From assembly GCF_009914755.1 (NCBI RefSeq), contig NC_060944.1: 64,000 nt of DNA. One strand, given 5' to 3'. The stretch's first letter is position 1, and each line of letters opens with the position of its first letter. The position numbers and the translations under genes were made by a program. Positions 32,876-47,040 of this stretch are shown here, piece by piece. The stretch is from the human T2T-CHM13v2.0 reference genome, Homo sapiens. The notes under the pieces were generated by a model. The model searched no databases. It was not told the origin of the DNA and saw nothing but the letters and a program-made list of their open reading frames with translations.

Positions 32876-33841
32876 CTATGGAGAAAAACAAAGTCATATA
32901 AAGGAGTGCTGGGTCAGAGTAGCTACCTCTTTTACATGGGCAGTCAGGAAAGGTTTAGCTAATCCTAAGGTGGCATTCACATGAGCAGAGATATGAAGGT
33001 GGTGAGGGAGAGAGCTTGGGGAAAAAAAAAAGAAGAAGAGCATGGCAGGCAGTGGGAACAGCAAGTGAAGAGACCCTCAGCAAAGTTCGGGGCGGCACCC
33101 TCTGCCTCTAGGGAAGAGTCAGGAGGCCAATGGGCTGGGGCAGCAGGCAAGGGAGGGCAGAAAGAGATGGGGAGGTGTGATGGGGACCAGACGGGGCCAG
33201 ATCAGGACCAGACGGGGCCAGATCGGGCAGCACCTTTAAGTCATTAGGACTTCAGCTTTCCTCTGTGTGAGATAAGACACCACTGGAGGATTGACTGTGA
33301 GTCACTAAACACCCCTGAGATCTTTGTATTAAACCCTGCCTGGAGAAAGACAGGAGACAGAGACAGTCAGTAAAAAAACTTGGAAAGGCGGCCCCAGAGA
33401 GCCAGAAGTCAGCCATGTGTCCTAGCCATGTTCAGGGAGGAGAGACACTGGCTGGGAAATCCCAGAATGGGCCAACTGAACCATCCATCCCCACATCAAG
33501 GTGATAACAGTATCCACCTTATTGAGATAATGACAGTGTGGTGCTTAGCGAGGTATTGAGCACATGGAACATCCTCCTGGCTGTTTTAAGTCATGATAAC
33601 ATATGATCATATGTGTAATCAGACATTTTTAGTATACAGTCTGCCAGTATAGCTCTGGGTGAGATGTTCCTCAGGCACCCCATCTCATTGTGCCCTGGGT
33701 TCACATTCAATGGCAACCACTTGGTGGCTGAGTCCATTACTTACAGAAGGAGGGGAGGAGTAGTCCCACCCTGTGAGGAATACATACTTCAGGCCTTTTC
33801 GGATTTCTGACACCCAAACTGGACAATAATTTCACCACTTA

Positions 33842-34177
<336 letters not shown>

Positions 34178-35074
34178 CACTCTTCAGGGACTCCCCAGTG
34201 CCCTCGGCACAATGTGATGACTCCTGCAGGTGGCCTAAGTGGCCTGACAGTACCATTCAGCCTCATGTCTCCACTTTGCCCCCAGCAGATGAGTGGGCAT
34301 CAGCCGGTCAAGCACTCTACTCTTGTCCCACCTCTGGGCCTGTGTCTCTACCTGGAGCATGCATCCTTTCCACCTTCTTCTCCCCAGCTGGCTATGTCCC
34401 CCTCATCCCACAAGCCTCTGCTTCAAGTCCCTGAGCAGATGCTGATGATGACTGCCTGTATGCCCCACTCTTCCCACTCAATGCACATCAGCTGACCCCT
34501 AGCTGGCAACACCCATGTTTATTGCCCGAGGGCTTTCTGTGCCACTGGGACCCACTCTGCCAACTGCAGGGCAGGCCTGAAGTGCCAGGGAATTAAAACT
34601 TCTCTCAAGAAGCAGCCCTCAAACAAAGACTGACAGGACCTGGTGTATAAATACCCCAGCTCTCTCCCTCCTTGGGCAGGGTAATGCTGAGGAACTTCAT
34701 GCGGCTCTCAGAATTTTCCTTTGGAATTAAGCCCTGGTCACCCACAGTAGTAACTTGATTGGCAATACACCTTCTTTGGCTGTCTTTCCTGTCTTCCCCA
34801 CTTGCCTCCCAGGATGTCCTTTTTCTCCAAAGTTAATGATGTGCCCTTGAATACTTGTCTCAGGGTCTGCTTGGCAGGAACCCATACTGAAAGCCATTGC
34901 CTCTGAAAAGCCTTCCCTGGCATCACCAGTGCTTAGACGGGGGATCCAGATGTCCCCTTCTGGCTCTACCACACCCCTTTCCCATCCCAGTCACAGCACG
35001 TATCACACAGTCCTATCACTGTCCAGGTCCCTATGGAAACACAGATGATTCACTAGGAAAGAAGTTAAATTGGC

Positions 35075-35355
35075 TTTTATTTGTTTGTTTGTTTTGAGAC
35101 AGGGTCTTACTCCAGTTGTCCAAGCTGGAGTGCAGTAGCGCGATCTCAGCTCACTGCAATCCTCCCATCTCAGCCTCCCGAGTAGCTGGGACTACAGGTG
35201 CATGACACAACACCCGGCTAATATTTTGTATTTTTACTAGAAACGGGGTTTTGCCATGTTTCCCAGGCTGGTCTTGAACTCCTGGACTCAAAGAATCCAC
35301 CCACCTCGGCCTCCAGAAGTGCTGGGATTACAGGTGTGAGCCACCACACCCAGCC
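35075..35355 (-). mobile_element. Alu (AluJ-like, internal deletion)
   Basis: Antisense Alu consensus. Confidence 0.9.
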
Positions 35356-35399
35356 TGGTTTTTAAACAGTTAAAGGAATGGTGAACTTCACTCATAATT

Positions 35400-37000
35400 A
35401 ATGAAATTCACATAAAGAATGCCAGCTGACAAATGCAAACAAAAGGACAAAATTAGAAAATCACCATTTTCTAACGATAGTAACTGATTCAGTCAAAGAC
35501 CATCAATGAATGAGGAACTGGACACCCACAAGGTGCTGGTCAGAAGAGGAGAAATGAATATTTACCTAGAGAGGAGTGGTCACCACCTGAACCCCATGAT
35601 CAAGCTTGGCATTATTAGTAGTAGGACAGTTAGACACCAGGTAAGGTGAAATGGAGCATATAGCACCACTCGTGAAATATAATTACTTTCTCATCCCCAG
35701 AATGTTCCACCTAAATCTAATCCATCCATTGGATCTAAATACTAGTTTTGGGGAAATATAGGAGAGAGTACAGGAAGTTAAAGGACACCACAGTGAAGCA
35801 ACGTGACAGATCCCAGAGAGGAACATTGTCCAAAACAACTGGCCCAGTCTCTTCATGAGTCAATGCCATTGGGAGTCAAAAAAAAAAAAAAAAAGAGTGA
35901 GGACCATATTAGATTAAAATAGACTTAAGACTGCAGGAACAAAATCCATTACATGGTCCTTGATTGGATCCTGGTTGAAACTACCTGTAAAGACATTTCT
36001 GGCAAAACTGGAGAAATTTGAATATAAATATATTTTTTGAGACAGGGTCTCACTCTGTTGCCCAGGCTGGAGTGCAGTGGTATGATCTCAGCTCACTACA
36101 ACGTCCATCTCCCAGGCTCAAACGATTCCCCCCGCCTCAACCTCCTGAGTAGCTGGGACTACAGGCACATGCTACCACGCCTGGCTAATTTTTGTATTTT
36201 TTGTAGAGATGGGGCTTCACCATGTCACCCAGGGTGGCCTCAAACTCTTGGACTCAAGTGATACACCTGCCTCGGCCTCCCAATGTGCTGGGATTACAGG
36301 CATGAGCCACCATGCCTGGCCTTCATATTGCTAATTTCTTAATATGAAAATTGTATTTTATGTAAGAAAATGACCTATGTTAGATACAAATTATGTTGAT
36401 ACTTTATAAATATCTACTACTGATGTATTTAGTTGGAGAAATATCATGATGCCTGTAATTTATTTCAAAATACTTCACTCCCCAATTAAACACATATGGC
36501 AAGATTTTCACAATACTTATATCTAGGTGATAGATATATGGATGTTCATTGAGTTACTTTCATATGTTTGAAATTGTTTTGTAATAAGAAGAAAAAAATA
36601 AAAGCAAACTAAAGACATACCATTTTCTACCCATAGATTCACAAAGAAAAAGTTTTAAAATAGGCTGCGTTGGCAAGGGTGTAGGGAAATGGGCACTTTG
36701 GTACAACCTCTTTGAAGTGATGTTTGGCAAAGCCATGCCCTTCCATCCAGCAATTCCGCTTCTAGGAATTTAGCATACAGAGTATATAGAAATATGGGCA
36801 AATATATATAAATAAGGATATTCACTGCAGCTTTATCTTTATTATAAAAGATGAGAAACAACATATATGTCCATCAATAGAAGTTGTTAAGTAAATTTTT
36901 TGTGGTCTATTCATGTAGTACAGAGTCCTACAAAGTATAGGGTAGACGTGTTGTGCTGATAGGAAACTCTTTCCAAGATGTCTTGCTAAGTGAACAAGCC
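35400..37000 (+). mobile_element. Ancient L1M 3' fragments (patchy), containing an AluJ at 36033-36321 (-)
   Basis: aaactggagaaatttgaatat, ccagcaattccgcttctaggaattta, aaggatattcactgcagctttat: L1MC/ME-like motifs. Confidence 0.6.
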
Positions 37001-37200
37001 GAAGAGCAGGCCAGTGTCTGTCTGTCTGTCTTATTGCTGTATCTCTGGTGCCTAGCAACGCACCTGGCACACAGTGGGTCCACAATTAATATTAGTTGAG
37101 GGAACGAACACACATCTGAGCATGACTGCTGTGAGTCAGGCTCCCTAAATGCCACCAGTTTCAAGTCACTGATAGGGGCCAGATTTTCCACCGCCATCAA

Positions 37201-38540
37201 ATTTCCATCCAACAGGATGGGCACTCCTGGTCCAACTGCTGGCATGCAAACCCGGGTGCCAGCTATTCTGGGTTTTCTTGAACCTGGAAATCCAGATATT
37301 TGTGTGAAATTGCTCATTTTAAAATTTGTCAATAAAATAACACTGGGTCAGGCATAACAGAACATATCTGCAGGGTGGGTCCAAGCCAACACATTGTCAG
37401 TTTGCAACTTCTGCATTAGCGCATTTAATTTTTGCCACACTCCCGGAGGCAGTATGTTCAGTAACATAGCACTTGCTGCTATAACAGATACAAACCTCAG
37501 TGGCTTCACACAATAGAAGTTTATTTTTCACTCATATAAAGTCCAGCTGGCAGCAGGTGTGGGGAGGAACAAGGAGTTTTATCAACCTTCCCTTGGGGCT
37601 TTCAAGTTCCTCCAGGCATTGATATTCAATAGGCGGATGGGAAGAGAGAGTGAAGAATCATGGGGATTTTATGGGCAGCAGCATTCCTCACTTCTGCCCA
37701 CATTCATTGGCCACAAGTCAGTCATGTTGTCACCTCACCTCAATGCAAAGTGGAGCAGTCCCTGGTGAGTGGCAGCCACTTTCCAGCAACTACTGTGTCC
37801 TATGGACTGAGAACACAGATCTCTGGGTGACAGTGATCCATCTCTGCCTCATGCAGTTATCATTATCTCTATTTCACAGATGATGAGCCGAATCTCAGGG
37901 AGGGTAAGTGACCTGTGAGAAGTCACACAGCCAGGAGCCCTATCTTACTGCCTCCAATCCAGGGATCTTTCCTCTAGCTCAGTGTTTCCCAGCTGTGTTA
38001 GACCATTCTCACATTGTGATAAAGAAATACCCGAGACTGGGTAATTTATAAAGAAAAGAGGTTTAACTGGGTAATTTATAAAGAAAAGAGGTTTAATTGG
38101 CTCGTGGTTCTGCAGGCTGTACAGGAAGCATGGCACTGGCACCTGCTTGGCTTCTGGTGAGGCCTCAGAAAGCTTCCAATCACGGTGGAAGGCAAAGGGG
38201 AAGCTGGCATATCACATGGTGAGAAAGGAAGCAAGACAGAGTAGGGGAAGATGTGCCACATACTTATTTATTTATTTATTTATTTTTGCTTTCTTAATCT
38301 GTTCCTGACCACATACTTTTAAACAACCAGATCTCACAAGAACTCACTGACTATTGCAAGGACAGCACCAAGCCAAGAGGGGTCCACCCCCATGATCCAA
38401 TCACCTCCTACCAGGCCCCACCTCCAGCACTGGGGACTACATTTCAACATGAAATTTGGTGGAGACACAGATGCAAACAGTATCACCAACCTTGCATCTC
38501 ATGAGAATCACCTATGGCACTTGTTAAACCTACCAGATTG
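37201..38540 (-). repeat. Arm B of inverted local duplication (interrupted by an MST LTR at 37994-38485)
   Basis: Collinear reverse complement of 26160-27334 across several different ancient repeat fragments. Confidence 0.9.
37994..38485 (-). mobile_element. MaLR solo LTR (MSTA/MSTB-like) inserted in arm B
   Basis: tgtgttagaccattctcacattgtgataaagaaatacccgagactggg...aaacagtatca; 5-bp TSD ccagc/ccaac; internal 30-bp tandem duplication 38036-38095. Confidence 0.88.
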
Positions 38541-39719
38541 TGACCCTGGGAGCATACAGGATTGAATTTTCCTTCAAGACATACCATGCCCTTTTTTGCA
38601 AAATTGAACAGTGAACAACATCAAAAATTTCACAAGAGTGACAAAAAAAGTATGCTGAACCAGGGAGGCTAATGTAGCAACTGAGACTTGATAGAAAATG
38701 TAGCTACAGGCTTTGTGGCAGCCAAGGCAAAAAGGGAAACCCAGGGACCACAGAGCATCTGTTATCTGGTAGAAGGAGGTTCACCGGTTCCTTATGAGCC
38801 AGGCTTACAGCCTGGGGGATGAGGTACCCAGGAGTCCTTAGCAGCATGATGGATGGGGGTGGGCGGTCGGGGGTGAGAGGGAGGACTGAGCTTATCTTCC
38901 TAGTACATCTATTTGCATCTGTTGTCCCAGGGTCTGCTTCTGTATTTCCTCAATGGTAAATAAATTAAAACACAGTATTTATAGTAACGGAAGTATAGGT
39001 GTATTAAGGAACTTTGCTGAAGTTCTTATGTATGTTTAGGGCAGACTTTGTGACAGCAAAGGCATTATGGGCTTTCTTTGGGCTCATCTGGTTGTGCCTT
39101 GGTAGAAGATGCAACCTTGAACAAATGACTTGACATTTCTGAGCCTCGCCTTCCTCATCCGTGAAAAATGATTATTGTGCAGATGAAATGAGATGATGCA
39201 TGTAAGGGGCTCAGGTTGATAAATGGTTGCTGTGCCATTGTTTATATTCTTACCATATTATCATGACCTTATGGCTAGGAGCACAGACTCTGGAGCCAGA
39301 CTGCCTGTGTTCACATCAGCTCCACCACCTACCAGCTCGATGACCTTGGGCAAGGTCACTTAGCCTCTCTGTGCCTCAGTTTCCTTCTCTGTAAAATGAA
39401 GCTAATAGGACTATTGTGAGAGCTAAATGGGCTGATAGTTGTAAAGCTCTTAGAACAGTGCCTGGGCATACAGTAAGTGCTATGTAAGTGTCTGTTAAAT
39501 AAATCATAGTCTGTTCCCTCTGCCCTTCGAGGCCCTTCAGGGGAAAAGTTAGAAGATAACAGCTTCAAAGCGAGACAAGTAATTTCCAGACACTAATTTC
39601 TAAAGGAATAGCTCTCTAGAATCCCAGTTAAGAAGTATTTGCCCCTTAGAAGACTGAGAGGCAGGAAAGCGTTGATGAGGGTGGAATCTTTGGCAGGTGC
39701 CTGGCCCAATACACTGAGC

Positions 39720-40740
39720 TGTTTGGGGGGCACGACCCACTTCCTCGGGCTCCTTCCACCCTTGCAGGGAGCCTGACACTGAGGGCTGGCGGCTTTTCTG
39801 GCGCGGGCCAGGGGGAGGAGGAGAAAGGAGCTCCCGGGATCCCCTCGCCCCCTCCCCCAACTGCCCGGTGAGTAATGACATTCACGGAGCGGGGAGGGAG
39901 GGAGGAGAGGGGCAGGCTCGGCGAGGCCATGTGATGCTGGGCGAGAGAGAGCCGCCGCGCCGGAGCCTCCTTCTTTCCTGCCTCTGATTCCGGGCTGTCA
40001 TGGCGACCCCCAACAATCTGACCCCCACCAACTGCAGCTGGTGGCCCATCTCCGCGCTGGAGAGCGATGCGGCCAAGCCAGCGGAGGCCCCCGACGCTCC
40101 CGAGGCGGCCAGCCCCGCCCATTGGCCCAGGGAGAGCCTGGTTCTGTACCACTGGACCCAGTCCTTCAGCTCGCAGAAGGTAGAGCCGGGCCGGGAGCCG
40201 CCTGCGCCGGTGGCCAGGAAGCTTGGGGAGGGGAGCCCCAGGGCTTGAGGGATCTGAGGGCGGCGAAAGACTGGAGGGGGGAACCTGGGGTTTGGGGGTC
40301 CCGGAGGTCGGGGGACGCAAGGGTTCCTTCCAGGACTGCTCACCTGGGAAGCGACAGGCCCTGTCTGGGCCCCAGGAGCACAGTTCTCAATTTTAGGAGC
40401 ATCCATTCTGCCTCTTTCCCTCCCAGAAACAGCCGGTCTGTTGGGGTGCGGGGCGGGTTGGGGGGGCTGAGAAAAGAGACAAAGGCGAGGGGAAGGGAAT
40501 GGGCACTGCTGGGAAGGCGGCTTGGTGGGGTGGGAGGTGCTGCTGCTGCGGGGAGGGAGAAGAAGCGCTACTTGGGGTCCAGCCTCGGTAGCCCCCTCTC
40601 AGTCGCTCCCTGCACGCTGCCGTCCCGGACACTGCAGGCCCCCAGGTCACAGCTCCTCTGCCCCTCTGTCTGCGGGCCGCCTTCTGGCTAGGGCTTGGAG
40701 GGTCTGTCCCCAGTCGTCGCCCACCCCCCACTCCGTGTCT
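39720..40740 (+). promoter_or_regulatory. GDAP1L1 CpG-island promoter and 5' region
   Basis: GC/CpG-rich, Sp/KLF-type G-tracts, G4-like GGGGAGGGAGGGAGGAGAGGGG 39891-39912, upstream donor CCG|GTGAGT at 39868. Confidence 0.85.
40000..40179 (+). CDS. GDAP1L1: GDAP1L1 coding exon 1 (aa 1-60; ganglioside-induced differentiation-associated protein 1-like 1, GST-fold)
   Basis: ATG at 40000, MATPNNLTPTNCSWWPISALESD...LVLYHWTQSFSSQK (GST N-terminal 'LYHWTQSFSSQKVRL' motif of the GDAP1 family); donor AAG|GTAGAG at 40180, phase 0; in CpG island. Confidence 0.97.
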
Positions 40741-41008
40741 TGAGCTGAGAAGGAAGGAGTTAAACCATCCCCTCACACCAGCTCGGCTCAGCCCATCAGG
40801 TCTGTTTTGCTCTTAAAGGCACAGAGTGGCCCCAGCCCCTAAAATGCTTCTAGGACCTAGGGGACCTGAGGGGCAGTTGGAAATCCAACTGGATTCTCAG
40901 GGTTCCCGCTTCCTGGGGGTAAGGCTGTGAACTGCACCCCTCAGACAGGGGCGCCTCTAGGGGCGCAATCTCCCACCCTGGGCGGTTGTCCCGTCTCTGG
41001 GCCACGGA

Positions 41009-41029
41009 TTCAGCACCATGGCCAGGGCC
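41009..41029 (+). promoter_or_regulatory. RE1/NRSE (REST-binding element) in GDAP1L1 intron 1
   Basis: TTCAGCACCATGGCCAGGGCC vs consensus TTCAGCACCACGGACAGCGCC (18/21, intact left half and canonical spacing); 0.83 kb downstream of exon 1 of a neuron-enriched gene. Confidence 0.8.
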
Positions 41030-41324
41030 CAGAGGCAGGTCCTGCAGGGGCCTAAGCGGCACCACTGCCTGACCTTCTGACTCCTCTTCTTCCTGGAAGA
41101 TCCTTTTGTTCCATTCGTTCATTTTCCAGATGGAAAAACAGAATCCATGAAGAGAAAGGGCCTTGGAACTCAAAGACTTAGATTTGAGTCTTGGTCCAGG
41201 CTCATTTCATCATCTGGAAAGCGGGATAGTGATACAACAATAGCCACTTCCAATCCCAACCCCTTCTCAGGGTTGCTGATATGGTTGTTGAAGAAGGGAT
41301 ATAACTTAGGAACTTAGTGTTATA

Positions 41325-41505
41325 GACTGGGACTACTCAAACTTGAGCGTGCATTAGAGTCCCTGGATGATCCTGGTTAAAACCCAGACTGCTGGATTCT
41401 ACCCCAAGGATCCTGATTCAGTGGGTCTGGAATGGGGTCCAAGATGCTGCCTTTCCAACAAGCGACCAGGTGATGCTGATGAAGCTGGTCCACCAATCAT
41501 ATTGC
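41325..41505. mobile_element. MER5A-like hAT MITE
   Basis: tactcaaacttgagcgtgcattagagtccctgga...ttaaaacccagactgctgg...gattcagtgggtctggaatgggg...ccaggtgatgctgatg. Confidence 0.7.
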
Positions 41506-41703
41506 CCACTGACTCACTGTGGAGCTGTGGACAGGTCCCTTTGCCTGTCCAAAGCCTCAGCTTTATAATCTGTAAAATGGGGTGAATGCAGTAACTTCCT
41601 CAGAGGGCTATTATGAGAGTGAAATGTGATATGATGCACAAAAGTACTGATGATGGCAGTGCCTGGCGAGAGGTCAAGACTCTGTTGATAATGAGTGTTA
41701 TGA

Positions 41704-42002
41704 TTTTTTTTTTTTTTTGAGACAGAGTCTTGCTCTGTTGCCCAGGCTGGAGGGCAGTGGCATGATTTTGGCTCACTGCAACTTCCGCCTCCTGGGTTCA
41801 AGTGATTCTCCTGTCTCAGCCTCCTGAGTAGCTGGGACTACAGGCATATGCCACCACACCCGGCTAATTTTTTTATATTTTTGGTAGAGACAGGGTTTCA
41901 CCATGTTTGCCAGACTTGTCTCAAACTCCTGATCTCAAGTGATCCACTCACTTTGGCCTCCCAAAGTGCTAGTATTACAGGTGTGAGCCACCAGGAGCGG
42001 CC
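41704..42002 (-). mobile_element. Alu
   Basis: Antisense Alu consensus. Confidence 0.95.
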
Positions 42003-44845
42003 GTTATGATGTTATTAAGGCACTAGGTAAAGGAGGGGCCAGAGTTAATCAAGGTCATACTGGAGTCATCCACAAATTCTGCACATGCTTGCACGTGCCA
42101 GGCCTCATTCAAGGAGCCTGGGGATGGGGGCTTTGGAGATGAATCAGACTGCCCTTCAGAGTCTAGAACTTCCTCCCCGCTAGAACCTCAGGAAGTGGGC
42201 CCCAGCGGCTGGGACCAGACAGGGGGCAGGGAGGTGGCATCTCCCACAACCATATCATGAGGGAGCCTCCTGTTCTTTGCCTCATGAAATATTTCCTATG
42301 TAGCGTGAGCTCAGGGCTGAGGTGGCCCCTGAGTCAGGATGAGACCATCTGCTGCAGCCCCACTTTTGACCAAGTCTCTGGCCAAGCTAACCTGGGCATC
42401 CTTCTGTCTCCCATACCAGGGCCTTCCCCCTACCCAGGGGCCCATGGTGGATTCTAGAAGCAGTGTAGCTTGGCAGAAAGGGCATGGGCTCTGCAGTCAT
42501 ATAGTCCTGGGTTCTATTCTCGTCTTGGCTACTTACTGGCTGAGTGACCTTGGACAAGTCACTTTACCTCTCTGTGCCTCAATGTCCCTATCTGGAAAAG
42601 AGGATTTTACATCCTACCCTGCAGAATTCCTTTAGAAGACATAGGCATATGTTAACTTCCTGGCATGTAGTAGGAGCTTAGCAGATGAGTTTTCTTCCTT
42701 CTCTCCAATCCTGAAGGGCCTTAATTATATAAAGAGGGCAGTCCCCCATTGTCAAGCATCTAAATAGCCTGTCTTTAATGGCACATGAAATATGAATGGA
42801 AAAAAATAGTCCACCTCTAGGAGTGATGGTGGCTCCATTGGGCATTTGGAGATCATTGCAGACCCAGAGGGCAACAGGACAGTGTGTGGGTCCAGGCCCA
42901 GGCTCTATGACCAGACTGCCTGGGCTTCCATCTCAGCTCTACCACTGACCAGCTGGGTAATCCCGTGCAAGCTGCTTAACCTCTCATGCCCCAGTTATAT
43001 CCACACCTGTAAATTGAGAATATTAATGGTGCCTCCCCAACAGGGTCGTTGTAAGGATTCAGCAAATGTATCCATGTCAATCACCTAGAATAGCACGTGG
43101 CACATAGAAAGTGCTCAGTTAAGTGCTGGGTGCTGTTATAAAGGCATGGATTTTGGAATCAGCCAGACATGCGGTCAAACCCCAACTCTGCCATTCCCAG
43201 CTATGTGACTTTGTACAAGTGTCTTCTTTGCCTGTCTAAGTCAGCTTTCTCATATATTTGGGGGAGAGGGTTGAGGAGATTGAGTGATATCATGCATGTT
43301 CACACACTTAGCACAATGCCTTAAACAATTGCCTGTTAAGAGTGAGCTTTCAAGCACTATCATAGGTCATTGCTTGGGGCCACAGGGTTTGAAGGAGGCT
43401 CTAAATGCCTAAGGTCAATGTTAGGATGCTTCTGAGGCTGTTCCTGCCCCCAGCCTCCTCCTCCTTTGTGGGGAAGAATGAGGCCAGGAGGGGCAAAAAA
43501 GCATAGAGTCAGGAGACCAAGGTTCTAGTGCTGCCAGTCCCACTAACTGGCTGTGTGACCTGACCCTCTCTGGTCCTCAGTTTTCTCAGCAGGGAAATGA
43601 ACCAGATGTTTGATACAACGTGCCTCCCTCCTCCTTCACCAGGCAGGAAGAACTGCCCTACCTCTCGGTGCCCGTTGACTTTGGGGCATCCATCTGTCCT
43701 CACAACTGCCCCTTTTCAAAAACCAAGACTGCTACTTCCTAGCTGTGTGACTGGGCAAGTTACTTACAATCTCTGTGCCTGCTTCCTTTTCTTAAAAGTG
43801 AGGGTACTGGGAGGTACTAGTACCAATTTCATTGGAATTCATAGGGATTAAGATCTAATGCATGTAAAGCTCTACAATAGTGCCTGGCACAGAGGAGGTG
43901 ATAATAAGAGTTGGCTGTTGTTACTGCTGTTATTTCCACCAGAGTGAGTCTCTGAGGGTCGTCTCTGGCTCCCTGCAGCAAGCCTGGTTCATGGTTCCCT
44001 TACTGCCTCCTCTCAGGGTCTGCCCTGTCTTGGATGTACCTCTGGAGGGCCCCTGGCCCAGCCTTCAGATCCCAGGGGCAAGAGACCCAAGTCTGGGGCC
44101 TGCCAGAGGCCAGTTCAGACACCCAGGCATGGCAGGAGAGAAGCAAGGGGGTGAAGGATGAGTTCTCTTTCCCACCCTGCCCTTGCCTTTCAAACTCTTA
44201 GGGCTGACCCTCCAACTTGTCCATGCTGCACTTGACCGTGTACCGCCTCCCTTCACCTAAGAGGAGCCCCAGAGAGGAAAGCTGATGGGGGCAGCAACGA
44301 GATGCATCTCCCTGCTTCTCTGCTCAGAAGCCTGCAGTGGCTCCCCAGGTCCCTCAGGAAAACTCCAGAGTCCTCTCAATGGCCTCAGGCCCTCCTGCAG
44401 GGTCCTAACCTTGCTTGAGTCAAGACCTAAGTTGGGGGAAGCTTATGGGCCCTTCTCAGAATAATGTTTTTAATTGAATAAAATAAAATGTATAGGATTT
44501 TTAGATTAGAACGAAAACCAATCGTATTGAAGTACGGCGTTATATAATAATATTTATGTTTCTTTATTAACCCCTTATATAACACGGTCTGGTGGCCGGT
44601 CTCATAACAACTGTCATGTTGGAGTCGTGATGAGTGCGCATGATATTTTGAGACAACTGCAACAACTGTGAAGTGATGAAAATATCTGATTCCTAGTGGT
44701 GACAATATTGCAGGCACTGCTAAACGCTACCCTACTTTATCGCCTACATTCATAATTGAAGAAAATGCTAACTGTCAGTTTGAGATTACTGAAAATAAAC
44801 ATGTAATTTTCCCATCCTAGTTCAAGGAGCCCCTGAATTAATTCA

Positions 44846-45529
<684 letters not shown>

Positions 45530-46819
45530 CTACCCTCCTCGTCTATTCCTGACTGCTCTGCTCCAGACACACTGGCTTCCTTGCTATCTTTTGAGTATGT
45601 CCAACATGCTTAGAGCCTTAGCACTGGCTGTTCCCTCTGACTGAAGCTCTCTTCCCCAGGTCCCTGTGTGGACCACTTCCTCACTTCTTTCAAGCCTTTG
45701 CTCAAGGGCCACCTTCTCGAGAGGCCTGCCCTAATAGACCACCTTAATTAAAATTGCTACCTTTATCCCTGACACCATGGTACCCCGATTCCCCTTCCCT
45801 GCTCTATTTTCTCTTTTTTTGGACGCACTCACCGTCTTTTGACAGACCAAATTGCTTACCATCTGCCTGCCCCCACGGACATGTCAGTTCCCTGAGGGCA
45901 GGGATCATTGTTTTGTTCACTGCTAAGTTTCCAACAAGACCTGGCACATAGTAGGCACTCAATAAACAAGTGGTGAAAAGTGATGGATTTGCAAGCTGTA
46001 AGGTGTTATGTTAAAAAGCCATTTGATTCTGTAAATCTAAAACTGCTCTAAAAATAAGGCCTACTAATTTTTTTAAAAAAAGAATTTGAAATAAACTGAG
46101 GTCAGAGATGCTAAGTGTTTTATACAAAGTCACACCGCAACTAAATGACTAGGCAGAGACAACAACCCAGCCCATCACATAAACAAGGGCCTGGGTGAGG
46201 AGAGGCAGTGCCTGACCCATGACAATGCGGCACTGTGGGTGATTTTCAGGCACCAACAGGGAAGTTCGTTTACCTAGAGATGGTTGATGTCTGATCACAC
46301 TAAGTGGTGACCACCTAGGTCTGGTCCAGCCTCCAGGGGGCAGAGATGGCAGATGGCCTTGGTAGCTGAATGCCCTTCCCTTAGGCTTGGCTTCCTCTCT
46401 GGGTCCCCTTCCTCCACAGGGTGACACATGGCTCTGGCCTGTAGCTCAGCTAAAGGTGAAAGTCTCCTTGGCCGCCTGCCAGGGTGACCCCAAAGCAGCT
46501 CCAAGCAGGATTATCATGCCTCTAAAGATATAGTCCCCTCCCCAAATAGCAGCCCTGATACTTTCATGGGAGACCCAGGGTAGAGCATGGGAGCGGCCCC
46601 TGGAGGCAGGTGCCCTGCCAAGATGGAAGGCCAACTGTCTGGCCCTACCAAGGGCAAAGGCCTGGTTTGGACTCTGTTTCCACCCATTCAGAGGTCCCAG
46701 CTTGGCCTGGAGGATGGAGGGCCAGGTAAAGACAAGAGAAGGGGGCTTTCTGCTCCAGCCAAACTCCAGTCTCCACTACTCTGGGCTTCTCCAGGGCACA
46801 GGCCGCCCATGAGCTCAAA

Positions 46820-47040
46820 TATACACATGCATACCTGCTCCCACGCATGCACACTCACACTGACCGGGAACACACATGGCACACACTCACATGTACACAC
46901 ATGTGCACTCTCACATCCACACTCACACAGTCCTTGAATACTCACACTTACTCATACACTCTTCCATGCACACCCACACTCACACACACGCAGACACGCA
47001 AACACATTTGCTCACTCATACACACGCACTCACACTCAGA
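46820..47040 (+). repeat. Degenerate (CA)n-rich simple repeat
   Basis: acacactcacatgtacacac... run over ~220 bp. Confidence 0.85.

Noticed and set aside
39646-40776. Long ORFs antisense to or overlapping GDAP1L1 exon 1 (and 49567-50331 antisense to exon 2)
   Set aside because: Shadow frames of GC-rich coding and CpG-island sequence
40948-40968. Palindromic GCGCCTCTAGGGGCGC resembling a CTCF site
   Set aside because: One base short of the CCASYAGRKGGCRS core spacing on both strands; not supportable without ChIP data
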